64,000 nt of DNA. It comes from a virus (Duplodnaviria > Heunggongvirae > Uroviricota > Caudoviricetes). The stretch lies in IMG/VR virus record IMGVR_UViG_3300004481_001615; one strand, 5' to 3'. Numbering within the stretch: the first letter of the stretch is position 1; each line of letters opens with the position of its first letter. The notes under the pieces are model-generated. The model did not search any database and was not told the origin of the DNA. It saw nothing but the letters and a program-made list of their open reading frames with translations. This document shows, in pieces, positions 54,562-63,997 of this stretch. The position numbers were made by a program, and so were the translations under genes.

Positions 54562-55111
54562 TCATCCTCTTAACACATGCAACAATGATATGTGCCCACA
54601 CAGAGTGAACACCCTCGATAATATACGGATTCTTTGATTGACCACACAAACTCAGAGAACAGAGATTCTTTAACTGCCCTCCGTTGTTACCAATGAGACC
54701 AATAACATTACTTGACCTTGTTAAGAAATTCTCTGCCAGTCTAAAGAGATTGGAACTCCATGATGTCCCCGCTGGACTCCTACCAGCAGAACCATTGACA
54801 GAAGCAATGACTAGTATATCATCTTGATTAAATAGGTTCTCTATTATATGAGTATAAACATCTTCCCACCCAAAGTCATTTACTTTAGCGGTTAATTGAC
54901 TCATATTATCTGTTAAACAGTTTGAGTTTATCCCGAGTGTTCGAAGGTCAGCTGTCATATGTGACATCGTTGATGCCGAACCACCATTACCTACGGTCCA
55001 GACAGTTCCTTTACATTGTGATAGGATTCGAGAAATCTTAGTAAGAGTCTCGTGGTCAGTCATATCTATTTCTGTTCCAACCTCTGCAAGTAGTTCTTCT
55101 GATTTAAGCAA
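54542..55111 (-). CDS. gmhA: SIS-domain phosphoheptose isomerase
   Basis: WTVGNGGSAS matches the GmhA GNGGSA motif. 189 aa. Confidence 0.6.
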   Translation of the reverse strand: MLKSEELLAEVGTEIDMTDHETLTKISRILSQCKGTVWTVGNGGSASTMSHMTADLRTLGINSNCLTDNMSQLTAKVNDFGWEDVYTHIIENLFNQDDILVIASVNGSAGRSPAGTSWSSNLFRLAENFLTRSSNVIGLIGNNGGQLKNLCSLSLCGQSKNPYIIEGVHSVWAHIIVACVKRMSGEYDE

Positions 55112-56057
55112 ATTGTATTACCTCCGTTCCTGTGTGGGTTATCTCGAATGGTGTATATGTATGAATATCTAGGACCTCTCTTAAAATTGTTTGTTTAACA
55201 TAATCGTTGGGAACAATTATGAGTAAGAAACCTCCACCACCAGCACCAACAAGTTTTCCACCGATTGCTCCGGCCTTTTTCAATCTATCATAGAGTTGGT
55301 TTATACGAGAACTAGACATTGATTTGGTTATGCTCTGTTTTATATACCAGTGCTCATCCATTATCTCACCCAGCCGATTCCATCTATTCTCTATTATAGC
55401 ATTGAAAGATTCTTGACCCAACTCCTTAATCTCTTTGAGTTGTGTCTCCGACTTCCTCACCTCGTTAAGTATCGGCATAGAATCTCTGACCTCACCAGTA
55501 TATATGAGCATGAGTTTGTCCTCGATTTCTGGGTCGTAGATACTCTGACTAGTTACCTTACCTTTCTCATCAATTCTGTATGCTCTCATACCTCCGAAAG
55601 AGGCAGAGTACTGGTCTTGTTTTCCTATCGGTCGGCCTAAAAGTGTTCTCTCGATATAGTACGCGGATTCGGCAATATCCTCTCTACGTTTGATACTGGC
55701 GGGCCCATTACCGGATGTGAGTGCTAGTATTGAACCGACGGTAAATGCACCAGAAGAACCCAACCCACTCCCAGCAGGCAGGTCTGCATATGTTATGAAC
55801 TCTGTATGTGCACGTATGCTGTGCTGTTCAAATAGTGCTTTGATTATGGGATGTTTGATAGCCTCGGGTGTTTCAGGGTTCTCTAATTGAGAATACACAA
55901 TTCTCAACTGTTTCTCGAACCTGAGATTTACACAAACATACACATATTTATTTATGGTAGCATTTATCCAAAACCCACCATGTTTCTCGTAGAACTCTGG
56001 GATATCGGTGCCTCCACCACCCAGAGTAATTCTAAAGGGAGTACGTGTTATTATCAT
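55104..56057 (-). CDS. GHMP-family sugar kinase (HddA-like heptose-7-P kinase candidate)
   Basis: LPAGSGLGSSGA GHMP motif 2. 317 aa. Confidence 0.6.
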   Translation of the reverse strand: MIITRTPFRITLGGGGTDIPEFYEKHGGFWINATINKYVYVCVNLRFEKQLRIVYSQLENPETPEAIKHPIIKALFEQHSIRAHTEFITYADLPAGSGLGSSGAFTVGSILALTSGNGPASIKRREDIAESAYYIERTLLGRPIGKQDQYSASFGGMRAYRIDEKGKVTSQSIYDPEIEDKLMLIYTGEVRDSMPILNEVRKSETQLKEIKELGQESFNAIIENRWNRLGEIMDEHWYIKQSITKSMSSSRINQLYDRLKKAGAIGGKLVGAGGGGFLLIIVPNDYVKQTILREVLDIHTYTPFEITHTGTEVIQFA

Positions 56058-56692
56058 GTTTTAACCTCGAATGGTATATCTTTTTTGATAACAAGAAATG
56101 TTATTACAGTACAAATCATCCTATCAATCATAAAGTATGTTGAGTTCCATATATCTGAACCTACCACACCCAAAGGCACGGGCCAAAATAACATAAAGAC
56201 TGTCGCAGAGATAAATCCAACTATTACTAACCCAAGTGAGAACTTGTCTGTTTTCCACCCTATACTATCTTTGATGAACCATACCATAAACAGACCGGTT
56301 ATATGAAGCAACCAATCAGATTGGAACCCTGTTGTAAGTGCATTCTTGATTAAAAAGGGAGATTCCCAATAAAATGAACCAATAAAAACAACGAGTGCAG
56401 ATATACTTATTGCTTGTGGGAAGTGCCACCCGCGTCTCTCTAAGACATTAGACATCAGCAAACCAATAGTAAGGTAAACGAAAATGAGTCGAGAAGACGC
56501 AAATTGTTCTAACAGTTGCTGACCACTAGGAACATAATAAAGAAATATAAAAAGTCCCGTAATAGCGACCATAAGAATTGAAGAAAGAGAATCTAATCTC
56601 TTCGTACGATTATGGAAAAACAACATCCACCATATTGGTTGAACCCAGAATATTGTAAAGAAGAATAGACTCCTTATGTCCTCAGTATTCAT
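56054..56692 (-). CDS. integral membrane protein (212 aa)
   Basis: Six or more hydrophobic helices. Confidence 0.45.
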   Translation of the reverse strand: MNTEDIRSLFFFTIFWVQPIWWMLFFHNRTKRLDSLSSILMVAITGLFIFLYYVPSGQQLLEQFASSRLIFVYLTIGLLMSNVLERRGWHFPQAISISALVVFIGSFYWESPFLIKNALTTGFQSDWLLHITGLFMVWFIKDSIGWKTDKFSLGLVIVGFISATVFMLFWPVPLGVVGSDIWNSTYFMIDRMICTVITFLVIKKDIPFEVKT

Positions 56693-57375
56693 TCAAAACT
56701 CTCCCATTGCATCCTGAGTGGTGCTCTAATACTATCATGTTTTATGATTGGTAAGAAGATAACAAAACATGGGATTCGGGTCAGCAACCAAAAAATGTTC
56801 CTATTTGGGTCCCCACCGAGTCCTAAATCTGAGAGAGTCATTGCTTCCCAAAAACTCGTCTGTTGCAGGCCAACGTAACCAATTATTACAACAGAGAGTG
56901 AGAGTAATACTGATGTCCATTCCTGTTCTCCTATTCTATCTTTTACAAAACCAAACTCGAGATTAAGTATGTATAATGTTATTGTGAGTGATACTACAAT
57001 GATAAAATACATACTATTAAAGCCTGTTCCACGGAAAAACTGGCTTTGAACGGCCCACATTATCCCTCCAAGGTATGTATGGTCTAGAGTGAATAGTGCA
57101 GATATAAAAAATTTTGTTGGTGGATACAGACGGTCTAGTACTGTGTAGTACATCAAGAAACTAACAAAAATCATAGATATAGATAAAGCATGTACTTTGA
57201 TTGAGGTGTACGGAATTGGTGCGACAGCAAAGATATCAGAAGAAAGTGCTATGTGTCCTAAACCATAAAATATTACAAGAAGTGATACAGCATAAATAGA
57301 GACATCAAAGAACAGACCGGTAAGTGTATCCTCACCAGTGAACACCTCACCATGTGCCGTCAGCCTTCTCCCCAC
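56689..57375 (-). CDS. integral membrane protein (228 aa)
   Basis: Several TM helices. Overlaps its upstream neighbour by 4 nt. Confidence 0.45.
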   Translation of the reverse strand: MGRRLTAHGEVFTGEDTLTGLFFDVSIYAVSLLVIFYGLGHIALSSDIFAVAPIPYTSIKVHALSISMIFVSFLMYYTVLDRLYPPTKFFISALFTLDHTYLGGIMWAVQSQFFRGTGFNSMYFIIVVSLTITLYILNLEFGFVKDRIGEQEWTSVLLSLSVVIIGYVGLQQTSFWEAMTLSDLGLGGDPNRNIFWLLTRIPCFVIFLPIIKHDSIRAPLRMQWESFE

Positions 57376-57892
57376 CCTTTTTTGAAACTAAACCAGTTAG
57401 GTACCCAAACGGTCCTACTGTGAGTGCATAATTCCAGAGAGATGCAATGGCGATTGCGAGGATGTTTGCAAAGAAAAGGGGAAGTATAGTAATAAAGGTA
57501 GATAGGATTAGATAATTTACTAAGACGCCACCAATACCAGCTACGATGACGTAGTTTATGACGGGCCAGAACTTCGTATAAAGATTTGAGATACGACCCG
57601 AAGTATCAAAAAGTTTGAGTAACCCGAGGACTATACTCGAGAGGACATTCGACTTTGAAAGTTCCCTCCGGAGTCTCTTATCGTTCACAATACCCGAACG
57701 GAGACCCTCGACCTCCCTTTTGAGTCGAGCGTTTTCCTCTTTGAGGTCCTCGAGGTCCTCAACCATTCTGTATCGTTTCCTTTTGTAACTTCTCTGCTTT
57801 CGCACGTGACGCTCTTCCTCGGAGGAAGTAGATAAAAGCACCACCGAGTAGAACGATGGCGATAGTCAAGAAGTAATCCATCTCTAACATCC
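57347..57892 (-). CDS. membrane protein: N-terminal TM helix, coiled-coil, C-terminal GtrA-like TM bundle (start revised)
   Basis: Codon-by-codon check shows the track frame continues upstream to ATG 57892 (MLEMDYFLTIAIVLLGG...), which is preceded by a GGAGGTG Shine-Dalgarno. The promoter lies about 49 nt upstream. Confidence 0.45.
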
Positions 57893-57940
57893 GAACACCT
57901 CCATAATTATTGTACTTAATTTATAGATTGGTTATCAGTA

Positions 57941-57956
57941 TTTATAAATGTTATCT
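57941..57956 (-). promoter_or_regulatory. promoter motif variant (TTTATAAATGTTATCT), the only candidate promoter for the glycan island
   Basis: Motif family member and first copy upstream of the motif-free 42.0-57.9 kb block. Confidence 0.5.
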
Positions 57957-57965
57957 TCTGAAGGG

Positions 57966-58193
57966 CTATTTCCTGCCCGCAATCTTCTTTGCTTTGCTGA
58001 CTCTCTTATCCCACCAGACCCGACCCTTTGTGTAACTCTCCTCTCTGATTTTTTTTGTTTTCTCTACTGCTTTGACACCGATACGTATCGCTTTATCACC
58101 GTGTTTTCGGTATTTTGGGTCGAGGTGTGCATACCTCTCAAAGAACTTATCTGCTAAATCAGCTTCCTTGTCTGTATATTTTTTCTTTGCCAT
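57966..58193 (-). CDS. hypothetical basic protein (75 aa)
   Basis: Lys-rich track ORF. Confidence 0.4.
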   Translation of the reverse strand: MAKKKYTDKEADLADKFFERYAHLDPKYRKHGDKAIRIGVKAVEKTKKIREESYTKGRVWWDKRVSKAKKIAGRK

Positions 58194-58201
58194 TTAATCA
58201 C

Positions 58202-60574
58202 CTATGCTGGGAGAGGCAACCATGATAGGAAGCCATATATCCTGTCAACAACGAAATTAAACACTGTCCATGTCGTCGATGTGATTATGCTCAATACACC
58301 ATACGCTGTTTGGATATCTGAGATTGCTATCGCCATGAAATTTTGACCCGTGGTTTTCTCCCGACTATCAATAGACCCCAACCACCAGACGAATATTCCT
58401 ATCGGGATAAAATCAATCCATTCTGATATACTGAAATATGTTGTAAGATTACCCAGACCGGTCGAGACATCTGCTGTTCCCTGCCATAACTTGACACCAA
58501 AATCTGCTACATAAACAACGACTTCTGCGACACGGATTCCCCAGTCTAAGATGAATATACCAAAATATACAACGAACATAAAGAGCATGGTAATAGAACT
58601 GACAATTATTGTAACGCTATCTGAGAAGAAACCAGCTAGGTCATCTATCATACCCGATAATGTTGTAAGGAAGGTTAATATCCCAAAAGCATCAAAGACA
58701 GTATTAATCTCATCCGCACCAAGTTCTGTTACAATCAACTCAACGGTTGGGAGATTTGCTGGTTCAGCATCAACGAAATCTGCTAATAAGTCTAGATAAA
58801 GATGATATGTATTTGTCTGTACTGCGTATGGAGGCATAAATGTGAAACTATATGCACCCGATACTACGGTATCATCTGTTGATGCTACATAGTCATCAAC
58901 ATCTAGAAGTCGTACTCTTGTGAACTGAGCATCTGGAGGGGCTATAGCAGATAATGTATCTCCAGTTGCTGTTGTTGCATACATAACTGTTCCTGTGATG
59001 TGAGCCATTTCACCCATGTACACTGTTGTATCGTCTGCTCCTATACTCGCTACTAAACGAGCTATGATATCAAAATAGTTTGATTGATAAACAGCCCATG
59101 CTATTGTTTCCGTTGGTGATTCAACATAAGCATAGATTTCTAAATCTTCCTCACTTGTGATATCCCACTCGAATCTTATTGAGAATGTGGCTGTCCAAGT
59201 ATCTCCGTCTTCTGCCCATGAACAAGCATCGGTGTCAATATCAATCGTTGTTGCACCTGTCTGGATTGCCCATGCGGGTGTCCCTGAGAGAGTGGTTCCC
59301 TGAACTTCGAACCTAACATCCCCTGCTTGGTTACCTCTTAAGTAAACATCTGAGATTGTATCACTATAATCTGTAACAGCCACAGTAAATGTGTAGTACT
59401 TATACATAGTATAGCAGTTATCTGTTGTGTCCATATTTGAGATTGACGCAACGGGCGTACCCACAGAGGTATAAGTACAATAGATACAGTACTCAATTGT
59501 GCCTATTGTTCCGTCTGTTGGGTCTGTTGGTGTTGCATAGTTATTGGATGTATCTGTTGTTGATACAGCACCAGTGGAATCTCCCTTTTGCGCTATTGCA
59601 CTTGTAACTATACAAATATAATAGTTCTGAACAGTTAATGATGGTTTTGTAACATATGTACATATAGTCCAACCGGGACTTGCACCAGCAGATACTGCGG
59701 GACCGACACCGTTTGCGATGATTGTTTCATCTGATACCTGAACTAGTACACCCTTCCAGTTCCCGTCCTCACTATAAGCATGAACCGATACTGCTACACC
59801 AACTGCCGCTGGTGCACCCCTTACACCCGCTAGCGTATTTGCATTGAGGTTATATGTTGTGGAAGATGTTGTTTCTATACCGAATGTTGGGTCTACAGTA
59901 ACTGGGTATTTTGCTGTGTTCAACCATTTTTGGTCCACGGTAACTATTAATTGATTGTTAACAAAACTGAGCACACCCCAGATTGATTTACCAGCAGAAT
60001 CATAGACCAATGGACGATAAATATGCATAATTTTACCTGTACCGTAGATACCGTTTCTCTGGTCACCATAAACAGCATAAGACCCTACGACATTGATTGG
60101 TCGGTACGCTCTCAGTTTCCCGTCCGCATCGAAGGCATGTGTAGCATTGACTGTTACCCAGTCGGGATTTTGGTCGCCCTCATTGAGTGGAGGTTGATAC
60201 CAGAAAATAGCATTTTTTAATGCTACTGGATAAGCGAATGAGTTTGTTGGTGGCTTAGATTTTAGAATTATATTGATTTCGTAACCGTTATCTAGTTGTA
60301 TTGCCTCGTATAAATAGTCTGTAAATCCAGTGATTTTAGCAAAATCGACATCGATTGTCGAGTGACCCATCCATCTGTTGACTTTTAATTTCTGGCCCTC
60401 GAGTACCATCTCCGCGGGTTTGGCCGCTATTGTTGCTTGATAATCGCCTAGAATGAGATTTGTTGGTATCATACAAACGAGGAGTAGGAGAATGATAAAG
60501 AGAGGACGCTTATTCAATTTTTGTGACCTCAACCTCAATGGGAAGAATCTTCGACTGTCGATAGCGCCATGCAT
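58202..60574 (-). CDS. large Thr/Ser-rich surface (envelope / S-layer-like) protein with N- and C-terminal TM segments
   Basis: N-terminal TM/signal region LFIILLLLVCMIPTNLILG, long T/S/A-rich stretches, and C-terminal hydrophobic helices. 790 aa. Directly downstream of the glycan island. Confidence 0.45.
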   Translation of the reverse strand: MHGAIDSRRFFPLRLRSQKLNKRPLFIILLLLVCMIPTNLILGDYQATIAAKPAEMVLEGQKLKVNRWMGHSTIDVDFAKITGFTDYLYEAIQLDNGYEINIILKSKPPTNSFAYPVALKNAIFWYQPPLNEGDQNPDWVTVNATHAFDADGKLRAYRPINVVGSYAVYGDQRNGIYGTGKIMHIYRPLVYDSAGKSIWGVLSFVNNQLIVTVDQKWLNTAKYPVTVDPTFGIETTSSTTYNLNANTLAGVRGAPAAVGVAVSVHAYSEDGNWKGVLVQVSDETIIANGVGPAVSAGASPGWTICTYVTKPSLTVQNYYICIVTSAIAQKGDSTGAVSTTDTSNNYATPTDPTDGTIGTIEYCIYCTYTSVGTPVASISNMDTTDNCYTMYKYYTFTVAVTDYSDTISDVYLRGNQAGDVRFEVQGTTLSGTPAWAIQTGATTIDIDTDACSWAEDGDTWTATFSIRFEWDITSEEDLEIYAYVESPTETIAWAVYQSNYFDIIARLVASIGADDTTVYMGEMAHITGTVMYATTATGDTLSAIAPPDAQFTRVRLLDVDDYVASTDDTVVSGAYSFTFMPPYAVQTNTYHLYLDLLADFVDAEPANLPTVELIVTELGADEINTVFDAFGILTFLTTLSGMIDDLAGFFSDSVTIIVSSITMLFMFVVYFGIFILDWGIRVAEVVVYVADFGVKLWQGTADVSTGLGNLTTYFSISEWIDFIPIGIFVWWLGSIDSREKTTGQNFMAIAISDIQTAYGVLSIITSTTWTVFNFVVDRIYGFLSWLPLPA

Positions 60575-63392
60575 CGTTTAATGCCTCTCTAAAGGATTTT
60601 GCTCGTACTTCTTTTCTTATAATCTTATCCGTATTAATAAATGTCACCCGATATTTAATTGTTTTTTCCTCTATACCCTTCAATACTCTCATAGAAGACT
60701 CTTTATCTCTACTCGGAAGAAATGGTATTCTCTCATCTATTTTCATTTGTGTTAGTATTGAAACTATTACTTGGACCTGCTCAGATGTTAGTGACTGGAC
60801 CAGCGACTGAAGTTGAACCTGACTCAAAGATAATATCTGCTCTTGTAAAGTAGAAGCATCTTGCCTAGATATTTGACCAGAAATAAGAGAATTTATCTGA
60901 GATTGCATTGTCTTTATATTTTGCGATGTTAATATTTCCTGTGCTCTTAGGTCTTTAAGTTTAACCAACGAACCCGTAGCGGTTATTACCTGACTCTCTA
61001 CATCCTCTCTGAGTTTTCTCCTCACTTCATCCAACTGCGTATCACCAATTATTGGAACAACACCAGAAGATTTTAAGACCTCTAAATATTGCTTAGCAGG
61101 CATTGTACTCGGGTCAGTGTAGATAGAAGCAAACCCACCCATCGACATAAATGCTTCTGGAGCACCATCTGTAAGCTTTGAAGCAAGTTCCCAAGTTACA
61201 TAACCTTTGATTGCTCCCGTTTTTAGGTCGGGAATCATTACAACAGCCGTTCCACCTTTTTTGGCAACATCATCCGCAAGTGAAAAGGAAGACTCTGCCC
61301 ATGTATATTTTTTATTGTTCTTCAACCAATTCTCAAATTCTGCTATACTCATATTAGCTGGCCCAACAGTTTTAGTTCTGTAGTTGTATGCATCTTCAAC
61401 AGCTGTACTTCTCCAACCCCTTCCCTTTGGTGCCTTATAAGCACCGAAGGCTTCCTTTTCAAGTGTAGTTTCAAATGTTTTAAGGTCATCAAGTGTAGTG
61501 ATTTTCTTGAGTATTTTAGCTTTTTCTGGGTCAACCTTATTCAATATCTTATCCCAGAACGATACTCGCTGTTTTAGTGCTGATTTGTATGGGATAATTT
61601 CGTCTATCGTATCGATTGGTTTAATACCTTCGTGTGTTACCTGTACCAGTTTTTTTGTTGTAATTAGGTCTTTTATTTTTGGAATCTTTGTGAGTGCCTT
61701 TCCCATAGCATATCCACCCACGATTCCACCCACAACCTCAACAACAAAACCAAGTGGGTCGGATGCAACTTCCTTACCAAGTGCTTTTTTGACTTGGTTG
61801 GCTATGTCAATATACTCCTGACTCACATTACGATAGGGAGATATCTGGAGGATTGTATCAGTGACTTGTTTAGCAAGTAATGGGTCCTTATAGGCATCAA
61901 GTGTTTTCTCGTAAATCATTCTATTGTATTCTAGTTCGTTCTTACTATCGAGCATTTCGGGTGCTGTTATGTATCCGATGGTATTTGCTATATTTGCCCA
62001 CGATGCTGGTCGCACAAGAGCAGTCACACCTTCATATGCTCCTCTTGTTCCCTTTAAGACAACAGAACCCAGATAATTGACAAATGAGTCTAGTTGCTTA
62101 CCATCCATCATACCTAATTCGGTAGATTTAATCTGGAGATAAGCTATGGAATCCGTTATCTTATCAGTAACCACACTGAACATGTTCTCGTAACCCTCGT
62201 AGACATCAGAAAATGTTAGAGGCTTACCACCAATGTGGGGTTCAATTGTCCACGTTGCAGAGAGTTCAGCCAAGTATTTTTGCCTTTCTTGTGGGTCCAT
62301 ATTATCTAGGTCTTTGGTGTCAACTCTGACATTTGTAGAAGACATTGGTTTTAGGTCTGTTGTGTCCTCTGCAATCTGTCTACGGTCATATGTCTCTCTC
62401 AATTTAGCTAGGAATTTATCTGCTTCTTCTTGAGTCTTGAATGACCTTTTCTCTATCTCTCCCACACCGACCTGCCATGTCACAGTATATGATGTATTTT
62501 TATCGACAAATACCTGTGCCTCGTCTCTCGTCCTGAACGTCTGCATCCTCTCTGTTCCTGATTCATCCTTCCATGTTACAACGAACTTATTTATAGAGTC
62601 TCTAAACATATTTGCTTCTTTTTCGTTATTGAATATTTTTATCCTGTCTGGACCGTTAGGAGCATCTTTATATGTAACCGTATAGATACGTCCACCAAGT
62701 GATTTATAGGTTCCTGTTGATTTATCAAATCCCTCTTCTACAAACTTACCTCCCTGTACCTTTGCTAATACTCGTGGGTCTATAAAGGTCGCACCAGACT
62801 CTCTTAACTTCCTGTACTTGTCATAGTCGGCTTTAGTGATTAAACCATACTTGTAAGCTCTTTCATACTTCTCGTCTGTATCTGTCAGGGAATTAACTTC
62901 GTCCACTTTAACTTTTCCTTGGTAGTATGAAACTAAATCATCTGAATTAATCTGATATCTCTTACCATCAACTTTAATGGTTACCTGTGAACCAGGAGGG
63001 TATGGATTGTATGCGTACCAGTTCTCACCAAATGAATCACGCATTTGATTGACCGCAGTAAGAATAATTTTTGTGTTTTCATCCGCTTTCGAATCGATTT
63101 GAAGTGGAGGTGCAGAAACGGGTTTTATAGGCATTGGTATCTTTGTTGTGGGTGCAACAACCTTAGTTGTTGTAGAAATAGGAATTGGCTTTGGGATTAA
63201 AACATTTTCTGCTTCATACACTGCTTCCCTAATCCTGCTTACACCCGCTGTTTTGATTGCAGTTATACGAGGGTCTTCTTCCTGAACTGTGGCTTCCTGA
63301 CTTGTCACTTGTTCTGGTGGGGCATAAATCTTACCAGGAATTATAACAATTCCTGTTCCATCATCCATTAATCTCTTTCTCGGTACGCTCAT
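60510..63392 (-). CDS. giant structural-type protein (960 aa) with three tandem ~32-aa repeats and a C-terminal coiled-coil
   Basis: Repeats YTVTYKDAPNG...ANMFRDSINK, FVVTWKDESGT...AQVFVDKNTS and YTVTWQVGVGE...ADKFLAKLRE. Q/L-rich heptads near the C-terminus. Confidence 0.4.
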   Translation of the reverse strand: MSVPRKRLMDDGTGIVIIPGKIYAPPEQVTSQEATVQEEDPRITAIKTAGVSRIREAVYEAENVLIPKPIPISTTTKVVAPTTKIPMPIKPVSAPPLQIDSKADENTKIILTAVNQMRDSFGENWYAYNPYPPGSQVTIKVDGKRYQINSDDLVSYYQGKVKVDEVNSLTDTDEKYERAYKYGLITKADYDKYRKLRESGATFIDPRVLAKVQGGKFVEEGFDKSTGTYKSLGGRIYTVTYKDAPNGPDRIKIFNNEKEANMFRDSINKFVVTWKDESGTERMQTFRTRDEAQVFVDKNTSYTVTWQVGVGEIEKRSFKTQEEADKFLAKLRETYDRRQIAEDTTDLKPMSSTNVRVDTKDLDNMDPQERQKYLAELSATWTIEPHIGGKPLTFSDVYEGYENMFSVVTDKITDSIAYLQIKSTELGMMDGKQLDSFVNYLGSVVLKGTRGAYEGVTALVRPASWANIANTIGYITAPEMLDSKNELEYNRMIYEKTLDAYKDPLLAKQVTDTILQISPYRNVSQEYIDIANQVKKALGKEVASDPLGFVVEVVGGIVGGYAMGKALTKIPKIKDLITTKKLVQVTHEGIKPIDTIDEIIPYKSALKQRVSFWDKILNKVDPEKAKILKKITTLDDLKTFETTLEKEAFGAYKAPKGRGWRSTAVEDAYNYRTKTVGPANMSIAEFENWLKNNKKYTWAESSFSLADDVAKKGGTAVVMIPDLKTGAIKGYVTWELASKLTDGAPEAFMSMGGFASIYTDPSTMPAKQYLEVLKSSGVVPIIGDTQLDEVRRKLREDVESQVITATGSLVKLKDLRAQEILTSQNIKTMQSQINSLISGQISRQDASTLQEQILSLSQVQLQSLVQSLTSEQVQVIVSILTQMKIDERIPFLPSRDKESSMRVLKGIEEKTIKYRVTFINTDKIIRKEVRAKSFREALNDAWRYRQSKILPIEVEVTKIE

Positions 63393-63712
63393 TTAACTCG
63401 CTTCCTTATAACTATTGACATTGGTGGGGCCGTAGCTATACCCGTTGCACCAGATATCGCGTCCATATAATCTCCTGCTGTGACTGTTCCCATCTGTATT
63501 CTGTCTCCGTACTTTATCTTGATATCATAATTATCTGAAGACACTGGAACCTGAGGTGATATACCAACATTTTCCGAAATGAACATCTGACTACGTGGCT
63601 TCTCTATTTCCGGCTTGTCACCCTCACCACGAACGTATTTATGAACAATCTTACCTTCTCGCTCGTGTCTCCTAACTGAATGCCTGTAGGGTGATTTTCT
63701 TTTTTTAACCAT
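63389..63712 (-). CDS. hypothetical basic protein (107 aa)
   Basis: Track ORF. The promoter motif is 66 nt upstream, with a CCACGGCCGTGG palindrome in between. Confidence 0.4.
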   Translation of the reverse strand: MVKKRKSPYRHSVRRHEREGKIVHKYVRGEGDKPEIEKPRSQMFISENVGISPQVPVSSDNYDIKIKYGDRIQMGTVTAGDYMDAISGATGIATAPPMSIVIRKRVK

Positions 63713-63777
63713 GGTTTTCTACTCCATAATACCACGGCCGTGGCTATGGGGCTAGAGATTTATAGACATGATAAATA

Positions 63778-63794
63778 TTTAAATGTTATGAGAA
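63778..63794 (-). promoter_or_regulatory. promoter motif copy (TTTAAATGTTATGAGAA)
   Basis: Motif family member. Confidence 0.6.
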
Positions 63795-63997
63795 AAATAG
63801 AAGAATAATCCAATCACAGCAACAATCAGAAAAATAGCTATGTTACGATAACTATGTATGTGAATTTTTGTTGACCTACCTTCTTGGATTGTTACACCAC
63901 GTTGATATTGACTCTTTCTAACCTTACAACCATGACTTTCTGGTAGGTGATGTTTTGAACAAAACTCCTGACGACACACGGGACAAGTGAACATCAA
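63779..63997 (-). CDS. AN1-like zinc-finger protein with a C-terminal TM helix
   Basis: CPVCRQEFCSKHHLPESHGCK followed by IAIFLIVAVIGLFFYF. Confidence 0.4.
   Translation of the reverse strand: MMFTCPVCRQEFCSKHHLPESHGCKVRKSQYQRGVTIQEGRSTKIHIHSYRNIAIFLIVAVIGLFFYFSHNI

Noticed and set aside
57759-57892. Separate 43-aa TM micro-ORF upstream of 57347..57844
   Set aside because: Codon-by-codon re-check showed it is in the same frame as the downstream track ORF. It is simply the true N-terminus (ATG 57892 with a GGAGGTG Shine-Dalgarno) of a single 182-aa protein.
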